Assembly (NCBI GenBank): GCA_050084515.1
Contig: CM114271.1
Location: 28,706,001-28,770,000, forward strand
Direction of reading: 5' to 3'
DNA: 64,000 nt
Origin: Blasia pusilla
Taxonomy: Eukaryota
Positions 33,947-45,851 of the stretch are shown here, piece by piece (position 1 is the stretch's first letter; the number at the start of each line of letters is the position of its first letter). Position numbers and translations under genes: made by a program. Under the pieces are notes generated by a model. It was given only the letters and a program-made list of their open reading frames with translations. It had not been told where the DNA came from and made no database searches.

Positions 33947-36900
33947 AATGGTAAATGGTAAATGGTAAATAGATCAAGCCCGTGGGACCCAAAGGGTTTA
34001 AAGGCTGAAAACCACATTACAAGTCATTCATTCACTGATCCGGAAAAAGATCCTAAAGACCTTCTCCTCGCTACTGCCTAGAGCACTTGAGCGATGAATA
34101 ATGACATCCATAATATTACAATCATAAGGCACAAGTTGTAGTAAAGAATAGAAATTCTCCACATCTATTTTATGAGCTAGTCTAATCTATTCATACCTTG
34201 GATATGTAACAAACACATGCTCTTCATCCTCAATATTTTCTCCGTCACATAACCTACAAATTCGTTCACATAACCTACAAACCATCATCCTTCCTCAATT
34301 CCTAGCCTATGAGACTCAGTTCTATGTCGTGCGATAATATGATGTAAGAACGTGGAGATCCCCGCAAGTAGGTATCCTTGTTCACAATATACAAGCATAG
34401 GATTAACATGAAGTTGATAATACTCCATTTTGGTGCCCGGGCTGCTCAAAATAATATTGAGAAATTTCTTCTGTACATGCTCATGGAGTGCCATGGGTTT
34501 CAAGTCCCAATATATCCCGTTCCACCACATTCCACTTTGAAGACCAAGTCACCACATCTTCAATCCACCCTATGGACCGTGTGGCTCGCAAAGCTAGATG
34601 ACGCAAGCGAGAAACATCAAGAGATCTTACCCTTGCGATGTAAGTGATGGTCAAGTAAAGAGCTTCAGCCTCTAGAGGAAGACAACCTGTTTCCGCAAGA
34701 AGAAGAGCATGAGGAGTTTGGTTTCTTACACCCAATTCTTCTTGTAAAAAGATCTTTTGCACCCTCTCCACGTGCTCCCAACCTGTCTTCTTACAACTAG
34801 GACCTCAAACTTGGGTCCCATATAAGACCACCGGCAACACTAAGCTCCTAAATAAGAACTTCCTAAGACCCCAAGACAAAAGATGAGCTCTTCTACACCG
34901 GTTTAAAAAATGAATATAGAGCTTTGTAACCAGCTTCTATTCTCTTTTGCACGCAAGTGCCCAACTATAGTCATGAGAGAAATCGATGCCTAGATATTTG
35001 TAACTCTTCACTTGTTCTAATTGTAGACCTTTGTAAAAGAACGAGAACTTGGATCTAGTACCCACTATAATGACTTTAGACTTCTCCATATTAACCTCCA
35101 TCTGATTTTGGGTACAAAACCTTGCCAAAGTATCGAGGTGTTTTTTTAAACTAATACCATCACGTGCTAGTAATATGATATCATCTGCATACAATAGAGC
35201 TTTGATGACAAAGTCCCCAAGCTTGACACCTTCACTATCACATTCCTCCAACCACTTTTCGATATCATCTATGAAAACTCCAAAGAGAGTAGGGGAGAGA
35301 GGGCAACCTTGAATGACTCCGATGGTACTCAAGATCTCTTGAGTTTGTGAACCGTTGATCTTGGCCCCAACGGAATGGTATAACGTGGCCACGGCTGCTA
35401 GGAGATTTGGTGGTACTCCAATGGCTTGCATCCTTTCCCATAAGAGCTTACGAGGTATAGTATCAAAAGCTTTCTTGAAATCGATGAAGCCGCAAAACAA
35501 ATCTTTTCCATTGCCCTTAGATTTCTCCCATAAAACACGCAAGGCCAAGATATGGTCGATGGTGTTGTATGTTGGGCAAAAACCAGCTTTGACTCGTGCT
35601 CTCTTTTGGAAAGACTCTGTCCATGCGCTCAACTTTGACTCCACCAATTTCCCAAACAGATTGGTAAAAAAACTACCCACCATGATAGTACAATAGTTTG
35701 TCACCAAGTGCTTCCTTTCTGATTTGTGAATAGGAACAATCTCCCATAGCGATTAGGTTGAAGGAAAACCATAGATAGCAGCATCACCCAATACTTTGGT
35801 GAGGATCGGTCCAATAAAATCTCCTCCCCACTTGAAAAGTTCAATAGAAAGACCATCCAAATCCTCACATTTACCATTTGCTAATCTTCTTAGTTGAGTC
35901 ATCACCTCTGCTTCAAAGAATAAGCCAGGTATTCCTTCACAACGTGGCAAAGATGTAGCGTCGGGGAAGAAATAGAGCTTTTCGGCAAAAGATTTCAAAG
36001 ACTTGGGATCAAGAGTAGGTTTTGAAGACTGTACTACTAACCGTCTCCAAAAATGATTTGGGGTCCTCATGCAGCTCCCTTGTCAAGGACTCTTGCTTCC
36101 GCCGCAAGAAAGCTCATTTCTTAGATTTCACCAAGTCTTTGTAAAGGCTCGTCATAATAAGCCGATTTTGGATATCCAAAGATTTATCAACTGATCTTGC
36201 CCTTGCTTGCTTGCATTCCGAGTCAAACTACCCATTACAAGGCAGCCTCCTAGCACTTCTCTCCATGTGCCGCAAAAAGAACTTAGATGCAGTGTTGTTG
36301 AGCACTTTGGTTAATTGCAAACTTGCCGTGTGTGGATCTGGGCTCCATACAATGCGAGTCAAGAGTTCTTGTAAATATAGCGTATAAGGATATTTTTTAC
36401 CAGGATCTAAGCAAAACTTGGGAGAAGCTAAAACAGATTGACATGTCGAGAGAGGAATTTCCTTTGAGAGTGAGAGAGTAAACAAAAGAGGTGCCTGATC
36501 AGATTCAGGCTGAGGTTCTAGAATATCAAATGTAGAGATAAGGGAGCTATTAGCGGGCGAGGACAGAAGATAATCGATGGTGCTAGCGCCGGTAGAGGAG
36601 AAACACATATTGGGAGTTGGGAAAATGAGAGGTTCCATTAAGAACTTTCAAATTACAAGTGGCTCCAAGGGTTAAAAAATGCTCTGTCAAAGGATTTATA
36701 GAAAGATCTGAAGAGATTCTAGACCACAAACCATCCTCATGTTCTTCGAGAAGAGGAGAAGTCAAGGAATCACTGAATGGGTGAATTGAGCAGTACGTGT
36801 GCGAGCCTTGAAATCCCCAACTAGAAACACTTCACCTTTGCTTTGATATTTGAGAACATCCCCAATAAGTCGATGGAACGGTTGACTTCGATTATAAGTG

Positions 36901-38062
36901 CGTGTTGAGTAGATAGGCATGGACAGTGGTGCAAAATAACAAACTGCCAAATAACAATAAGATCCCCCAACCAAACCAAGACGTAGCCAATGATATTGGC
37001 CCCCGATATCTTGATCTTCTAGATGTATGAGAGGTAGAAATTGAGACCTGATGAAAGTAGCAATACCGCCATAACCCCTTCTTGCCCGTTGGCTTCTTTG
37101 GTTCCGTGTCGATCCCACCAAAGTAAACCCTTGCATCTCTGCAATAATATTGCTCTCATGTTCCCAAGTCTCCACAATATTGATGATGTCCGCCATCTCC
37201 CAAATTGGTCGAGCACTCACATACTTTGTTGTTGAAAGCCCTCGTATATTCCACATCAACACTCTCAGCTTCTTGGATTGCTAGGTTGATAACTCTCTTT
37301 TTCTCTGGGTAACAATTGCTAGACCATCGCGTAGATAAGCAATAAAACGTGCTTCTTGAGCCTCTTTGACCTTTGCAAAAACCTTTCTTCTAGCTTCGAC
37401 TTGTAGAGGTGTGAGATCAGGATCCAACCATATCCTCCGGCCTTTGAGAATGGCCTTATTAGCCATGGCAGTATCACGTTGAGTTTGATCAACAAACTTA
37501 ACTAGAATGGCACGAGGTTGTGTTCTCGCTTTCCCAATACGGAAAGCTTGAGCCAAGTCTAGGTTATGAACATGAAGTGTATCAACCAAGAACTTGGTGA
37601 CAACACTCTTCACCTCTGCGCTCTCTGTTTCTGCCAGACCTGAGATTCTCACATTCTTTCTACGGGCAAATTAGTTTTCCTTTTCTATCTCTTGCTCTTG
37701 ACAAAAAGAGATATGAGCAACCTTTGTAGCTTCAGCATAAGATTTCATTTTCACTTTGAAAGTTTCAACAACCTCATGCAATCCAGGACTATTGGGAGTA
37801 GTCGCTAATGATGATGCCTTCTCTTGAACATCCGCAACAGATTTGGAAAGATCGAGCATCACACTAGAACTATCTTTCAACACTTTCTTCAAAACCTCTT
37901 GCGTTGCCTTCAACTCTCGGATTTGAATATATGCAAGGTTTAATTGAGAAGTTTGTACCTTGAATTCTTGTCGAAGCTCTTTCAATTCATGCAAGACCAC
38001 TTGCACTAGATTCAAGATTTTGTCTTGAGTAGTCATCATGTAGTCGACTTCACAACATCCCA
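33947..38062 (-). mobile_element. RTEX-like LINE copy B, near full coding length, decayed
   Basis: ORF1 coiled coil plus RRM-like region (AFRIGK...PRAILVKF...IWLDPDLT). APE (WNIRG, GDF, STIDY). RT LLYADD. C-terminal CCHC finger (HRLGIEEG...EEHVFVTC). (GGTAAAT)3 tail on the plus strand. Confidence 0.9.
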
Positions 38063-38188
38063 GATATTGCACGACGTCCAATAAAGTATAACCGAATCTC
38101 CAACACCACACAACTTCTGCTCTAGAAGTTGGTTGTACTTGAAATTCTCAGAGCTAGGACGCCTCTTGACACTCCACGTTGTCTCTAA

Positions 38189-41100
38189 ATCTCAGCTTCA
38201 ACATCGTGGGTGCCGTCTGCTGCAAGTAGACATAGTCTCCTTGATGAAACCTCTAGATAGTAGGTCGATAACCACCTCCCCGAATAGTCGCATACCTAAA
38301 CGTATCCCGATGTTACGCAATCGCCAACTTCTCAAACGCCATGGGCATCACTCTCCAAAACAGCTCAACCCTTTGAGAACATGCTCGTATCCATACATCA
38401 GGGTCATCAAGGTTCAACACCTCACCAAAATCTTGACAAATGGCCGCAGGTAAATCTGCTCTTGGCCATAAAACAACAAGTACGATGAGAAAGATGCTAA
38501 GGATGCATGCTTGCTGAATCTATATCCCATCGCCAAGCACGGCAACTGAAGGTCCCAATCTCCTAGGTGACCTCTCTACAAGCCATACTTTTGTAGTCCT
38601 CTCTTCACCGTCTGCACCACTCGCTCCGCTAGTCCATCTGCCTCTGGATGATCTTGCAAAGTAGTGCAGTGGTCGATCAGTGCCTCATCACACAAGGCCT
38701 GAAACTCCCCTCGAAACTATGTACCCTGGTCTGTCAACACCTCAGCTGGTGTGCCGTTATGACTCAACACTCGATCTAGGAAGGCATAGCTACTCCCTCA
38801 CTTGCTTTGTCAGGCAACGCAACCAACTCTATCCACTTCAAGAAGTGCTCGACCATCACCAACATATAACGACTATGGCGCTTCGTCAAAGGCAAAGGTC
38901 CTGCAAAATCCAAACTTCATCTATAACCTAAACCCATGATCGAGAGTGGATGCAACTATGGAGTTGGAGCTTTCAACGATGCTCGAACTTGATCACACAC
39001 CATGCATCTGGCAACAAACTGTTGAACGTCAGTCTGCATGCCTTGCCACCAATACTGAATCTGGAGCAAGCTGTACGTCTGCTTCACTCCAAAATGACCC
39101 AACTCCTCGTGGGCATGACGCACCAAACGTGCTCTCTACGAAGGATGAGGCAATACACGCACTCTACCATCCTCCCACACTCGCAATACATGTGTGCCCT
39201 CCCACCAGAATCGTCTGGCTCACTGTAGGATCCGATCCCGCTCTCTAGCACCTATTGTGCTCGCGACGCTGCTAGTAGGTAGATACTCCAAGACTACTCC
39301 ATCATCATGAATATCTCGGCCACAAGACTACTCCATCAACATGCTTCAATTTGTGTGCAACATGAAAGTACGCCCCATGATCGGTTTCTTGAAGATGGGC
39401 GGGGATGTTAATCTATCCTTGAGCAACTGAAATACTCGCTCTTGCTCATCCCCGCAGTGCCACTCATGATCCACCTTGGTCAGCAAGGTCAGTGGCTTTG
39501 CAATCGAACTAAATCCCTTGACGTACCGCCAATAGAAGTTCGCCAATCCCATGAATGCACGAACGCGGCTCACATCTGTAGGGCGTGGAATGCGTGAAAT
39601 AGCCTCTACCTTCGTCTGCTGAACACGAAGGCCACCTAGGTATATTGTATGACCCAAGTACTAAATGTGGTCGTAGAAGAACTTACACTTGCCTGGATGT
39701 AGCTTCAGCCCATGTAACTGCAATCGTCAAAACACCTCCTCTAGATGTCGCTCATGCTCTTTAACCATGGCACTAAAGACTACGATGTCATCAATATAAG
39801 ACCCAGCAAAATCCAGACCTGCCAAGATCCTATCCATGACCCTCTGAAACTCATCCGGGGAATTCTTTAACCCAAATGGTAAGAACCGCCACTAGTACAA
39901 ACAATCCTTCCCGTGAGGATTGATGCCCCAAAATGCCGTCTTTTGCATGTCCTCCAATCTGGTAGGCAATTGATGGTATCCGACTCGCAAATCCAATGAA
40001 CTAAAGACCTTTTTGTGACCAATTGCATCAAAGATCTCCTCAAGAGTGGGCATGGCATACCTATCGAACTTCATCTGCCGATTGATAGGTTGGTAATCCC
40101 CACACATCCGCCTACCCGTCCAGTTGCCATGCACATCCTTCTTGGCAGGCATGACAATGACAGATGTATACTCCCCATGCAATATCTCCACTAGTCCTGC
40201 TCCAACCAAGTCCTGGCTCCTACTGTGAATCAGAGCCCTCTCCATATCATTGTACCTGTAGGGTTGTCGGAAGATCTGCGCATCACTCGACAATTCAATG
40301 CGGATCCCTGGTCCCTTTAGAGTACCTAAATCCTCCATGCTAAACGCAAAGCAGCTCCTATAACTCCTAAGGAACTGATGTATCCGGCGCTGCTCTTCTC
40401 CTGTCAACTTAGGGCCCATATCTGGCTCCCAAGTCTCCATCGTGACTAGGGAAGGACTCTCCGGCGTGGGTATCGATGGTTGCTATGGTGCAACCCCGTC
40501 TCAAACACCAACACTTGACCGCTCTCCTGCAACCAAATGCAAACTCTGATCTCCTCCACATGGAGTGCCCGTAACCACGCTCCATGTTATGGCTATCATC
40601 TCCTGGCGTACCTGCAAAACATCTCAAGAAGTCCAAGGGTGTCTCTCCCGATCTTCCCTGGTGTGTCGATCTCCTTGGGTCTCGCCCCCAGCCACTGCCT
40701 CCACCATCTCGGTAGGCATGGGGCTCACCAACGCAACCGCTGTGATCTGTCGCGATCTCATCCGACGCTGCTCAGCCACTCCCAAGCTAAAGATCCATGT
40801 CAAGCAGTTCAGGTCCATCGCCTAACCCAAGACATGGTGTCATGATGCCTCTGACAGTGACGGTACTGCCGTCACTCCCGTGGGAAATCCCATCGCCCGC
40901 TTTCTCTCGTCGGCGTTGGGCTCCACCAACCTCTGAACCTGGTCATCCCAAACCAAGCCAAGACCGGCCTCCTTGTATGCCTAGGAAGCGGAAAAACTCA
41001 CAAACGTGAGAAAGGCTACCCGCGGCCGACCTACCCTGTTGACTAGAGTCAACGGCGGTTGATCATCGTGCCTCACTGCCAATGATCGATGACCCGGATC

Positions 41101-44100
41101 CAGAATGAAATCCACTAACAAGTGGGAGGGGCGCTCCACTCTTGCATACGCCCTCCGCAACACCTCGTGTGGTACCATGTTGGTCCACCATAGACGCGGG
41201 CGATGTGCTCCGTAATCCACACTCGCCGCATCCAAAACTAAAGCTGGGCCGATCCAGGCACGCATCTGATGTGCACTCGTCACCACCCGTGACCCTAAAT
41301 CGCCCAAGATCGGTACATTCTCCAGAATGTAAGCCAAAGAACGGGACTAATGCTCTTGCAAATATCTCAAGACCCTCAGCATCTCCCAAAATATCCTAGA
41401 TCGAGTGTCAGCCAACTTGATGCCTTGTCCAGCACTCGATTGACGGTGACATGGCCAACCTGCAATGACCAAATCAATGGTCCCTACTCGCTCCAAATCC
41501 TGCGCCCCCAGCAACGAAATATCCCTCGGTAGGGAACTCTGGTACCCCTGTACCGCGAACGTAGATAATAAGTTGGGAAAACGTAGGCGTAACTACGCCA
41601 CATGTCATAGTGAGACGTGCCTTGCAACATCATCACTCTCCATATACAGGTACTGATGCACTCGCACTCTTGCTTGCAAAACAACAGCTAACCCGGTGCT
41701 AATCCCTCCAAAGAGATCTAACACCTGAATATCCTCCTCCAGAATACGCCACACAATGGGTGTGGTATCCAAGGGTGTCATCGTAGTCCTCCTTGGTACC
41801 TCGGGTTCCTCAGACCCATTACGCTCCGATGCAAACGCCTCGCTCCACGCGGTCTGCACGTGCTCATATGCCAATTGTCGAAGCTCCTCAATCAAGCCCC
41901 AAAGTGGCACCTCTCCTCCACGGAATAATACGGCTACCATAACACTCCTTTCCATAGAAATTTCATGAACATGAGTATCCTCTGCATGGACATGTCCCTC
42001 AATCAAATCACTAGGCCAAGTGATGGCACTGCTAAATGCTGCTAAGGTCGCCACCTCTCCTGGCCGTCGCTCGATCACTGCACCTGCGAATCGAACGGGT
42101 AATGAGCTAAGGCGCCCATCACCTGAGTGCCATCCTGGTCTGTAGGACGCTGACTCCTCCCAGTAGTCGAGGGAAAATCCCATCGGGTATAACACTGCTC
42201 CACCAACCAAGACGTCGTAGGACTCTGCAGCAGTCACTATTGCCTTGGCTCGCACAACAGACTTATTGGTAGGATGTCCCAAGAAAATCCTCACCACGAC
42301 CTCCTGTCACGTGATATACTATGTGGACTCACTCCACCCATGGATGTCTGTATTCGAAATGGACAACGCTCCACATCAGCTCTCGTCAAGCCCAATCCTC
42401 TGATTGACGCTTTCCCCAACATCAAGGATTACGCTCCTGAATCCAACAAGACGCGATGTGGACTAAAAGCTCTACCTCCGGGACTCACCAACTCGAAGAC
42501 CTCTCCTTGATTATCCAACAACTCAACACTAGGAGAAGCCATGGCACCCTCTATGGCGGGTCTAGCGGGCATCTCCGCCATCCTAGCAGCCGCAGCCTGC
42601 CATCAATTTGCCTAGTCTATTTTTTGGCTTCCCTTCGTTGTGGATCCAACTCTACAGCTGCTCCATGCGTCACAACTGCCGTGGCCTCCATTTGGGCAAC
42701 CGTGCACATCCAACCAGGATCCTCCATATCTGTGGCTGCTCAATATGATGCCGATACCACGGATCCAGCATCGGGTAATCTCAATGGCATAGCGGCAATC
42801 TGCTCCTGTAGCTGTTGTCTCTAATCAGCCATCCCAACCTCATGTCTGGCGTCTCCCTCGGCGCGTCTAGGTGGTGGTACTCTACCTCCTCCATGGGCAG
42901 CTCCACCACCATGTCGGGAAACTCCAGCTCCTTGTCCCCCAACTGGACCACCTGATGCACGATCTCTAGCCCACCCGGACCGGCTACTCGCTTTGGTGCC
43001 CTCTATGGCCCTCGGTCGAGACGTAACTCAGGATGTAAACTGAAACACATGGCGCGTGTATGACCATACCTCTGAAAATAGTCATATTGATAACCTCCTA
43101 GTGCAGCACCATCTCCTCCTCCATATTGAGGCACACGTCCATGACCCTGACGAGTGCAATCGCGCTGATAATGGGCTCCACCACATGACCAACAAGTAAT
43201 AGTATGTAGCTACTGCTGAGCCGCATATGAAGGCGCAAGTCTCTGTGGCACGGCCTCCCGGTATCCTCTCTCAGCTCGTGGTCCCACAGTCGACCTATCT
43301 CGAAGTCCACGTTGCTGCACAGGTGGTGCAGACAATCGTGACTACTCTCGCCCAGAACCCATGGTGGCTACGCTCTCCTCCGCCATGTTGCGCTCAATAT
43401 TCTCGGCGGTCCTAAAAACGTCTCTCAACGTATGGGAGGTGTTCATAAGAAGCACCTCCTCCCATACCCGTGCCCGCATGATCCGGTCCAGCATCACGTA
43501 CCATGTCTGGATAGCCTGAGCCTCTGTCACCCCCTGAGTGACGTTGATCAACCAACGCAAGCGAGTATAAGCCTCACACAAACTCTCACCCGGGCGCCTC
43601 TAGAAGTCGTAGATACTCCGCAACTTCCCCGTCCGTAGCCCCTGGTAGCTCGCCCTCAACTCAATAAAGAACTCAACCATAGGGTTGAACCTGGGACAAA
43701 CCCGACTAGAGGGTGCAACTGCTCCAGCGCGAGTGACCCCTCCTAAAACATCATTGGTGGAAGAGGAAGTAGCCTCTCTTGACTCTTCCTCCTCATCAGG
43801 GAACCGCTCCGTCCATGACATATAGTGTGGGTCATAGTAGAGTCGCCATGCCTCAATCTCCTAGGCATATCTGTTGGAGAACTCATGGTAATCGTCCATG
43901 GGCGCCCCCTCTAAATGTTGGAACATACCAATCCATGTTGTATACGGGTTGAATTATCTAGAGTTCTTAGCCCACTATGAGTCACACCAACTCCTAAACT
44001 CCGCAATGAAGTCGTGTAGCTCTATAGTGCCTACATCACCGGAAAACCGACATGGTCTTCTACCCCGGTCGTCCATCTCGTACGTCCAACTGGTAGGACC

Positions 44101-44300
44101 ACTCAATCTGTGGGTCACTAACACAATCCTCTATATGCTCCCCTCGTCTGAAGACGACAGAGAAAGAGATCGAGGTGGTCTCTCACGTGAAGACCCTCGA
44201 AACCTCGCACCACTCCGCGTAAACCCTCCAGAGCTACTCTCAGGTCCACTACCTCGCCTCTCAAAATCCTGAAAGGATGCCGTGATGGCCCTCGTGCCCC
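38189..44300 (-). mobile_element. Ty3/gypsy retrotransposon internal region: gag-PR-[C5 DNMT]-RT-(RH partly deleted)-IN
   Basis: gag at about 44120-43340, zinc knuckle at about 43040-43095, protease LLDSGA at about 42440, RT YIDD at about 39790, integrase at about 39180-38190. LTRs not identified. Confidence 0.88.
40785..41735 (-). pseudogene. DNMT3-like C5 cytosine methyltransferase domain within gypsy pol
   Basis: I VLDLFGGISTG; II YMESD; IV IDLVIAGWPC (about 41450); VI ILENV; VIII AHRPRLWWTNM; IX ERKRAMGFPTGVT; X RHHVLG*AMD. Frameshifts and stops. Confidence 0.88.
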
Positions 44301-45851
44301 TCGTGCCCCTCTCACATGATCACTCTCAATCTTGCGAGTAATCCCTCAATCACTCAAACTAAACATGCGGCACTCAATCTACACTCTCTCACTCAGACGT
44401 GTGTTGTGCGGCAACAAGCAGCGTGGTGCGGCAAATCACTGATCTATCGTCTCATCGACAAACCATCCTCAACTCTGGACGTCCCACACAGGTCTATGTC
44501 CCCAAAACCCATAAATCATCAATGCTCCTACCATCAACAAAACAACACACAAAACCCAATATCCCAAATAACTTCCCAATATTCGAAAATCCCTCATACG
44601 TGCAGGATAAGAGACCAGAATGGGTAACCTGACAATAATGTCGATGTCGCTCCTCGGCAATTGTAAATCTCGACTCCAACTCGGTCGTGAAGACAACTCC
44701 TCCAATCAGAAAGTCGTATTCCTCTCATACTGACGCTGCTCAACCTCCTCGATGTGCGGTGCAAGTCGAGCGGTCCGGTGCGGCACTAGCGGCACGCAAC
44801 GGCTACAAACAACACGGCACTCGGGAATGGGGTGCGGCACTCGGCGGCATATCCTCCTCAATCAGAAATTCACACACTCTGCTCCTTAGTGAAGGAGCGG
44901 TTCCGCGATCGAGACGATGCGGTGCGGCCACGACCGGCACGGCGCAGCAACCGACGGCGCGTTGCAGCTATGGGTGTCACGGCACGGTACTCGATCGTCG
45001 TCGAGCGGCTACCAATCATAACATAGCAACATGAAATCAAAACTCAAACACCATAACCCGAGGTCATCTGCCATCACTCGTTGATGATGAAACTGCGATG
45101 ATAGCGGCGGCCAAAACAAAGTATGTGGTGGCGACGCAAGTCAGAGAATCAACGAACGTCATGGAAGACCCTCCACTCCGTAATGGCGGAAATAGCAACC
45201 AAAGGGTGGACAACGGACGATAGATCGTTGACGGTAACGGTTGACCATTGCTGGTGATAGTTGACCGTTGACGGTGATGGTTGACCGTCGATGGCGGACC
45301 GTTGGCGATTACTGCAGCCGGCTTGGCGGCTGATTTAGGGTTTGAACAATTTAACCCTAAAAATCGCCTAGCAATGGAAGTTTTGCAAGATTGACCCTAA
45401 ACTTTTTGCTTGCAACTCCAAATTCCAAATGGTTTGTTGCACAGTGTGTACAGTTTCACGATCTACGACAGCGTTAAAAAATATTTTTAATCGGACATTC
45501 CAGTAAAAATTGACAGGGACCGTTGTAAAGCCCAATGTCTTTTCCTCCTACACAAAATTTGGCAGCGCTTCCGCTCTGATTTCTCCCAACAAAAATGAAA
45601 AACCTATAAAAATACAAATGAGCAAGCTACATGGTGCTTCTGAGAGCACCGGCATGGGGCAACCCACCCTCATAATCAATCCCTATCAAAAATTGGGCAG
45701 CGCTTCCACTCTTCCCCACTAAAAATCGGCAAATGCAAAGAACAATCAAAGCAGCCCTTGCTCCGGTGAGCACTCCCATGAGCCGCTGAACATGGAACAC
45801 GGTCCCCAACCTCCAAAAACAGCAAGTGACCAGCGAGCTCCCCCATAAAGC

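Noticed and set aside
33947-33970. Telomere-like repeat
   Set aside because: The unit is GGTAAAT rather than TTTAGGG, and it is attached to the LINE 3' UTR.
44300-45850. 5' LTR/PBS of the DNMT-bearing gypsy element
   Set aside because: Plausible by position, but there is no second LTR copy, TG...CA boundary or clear PBS in the window.
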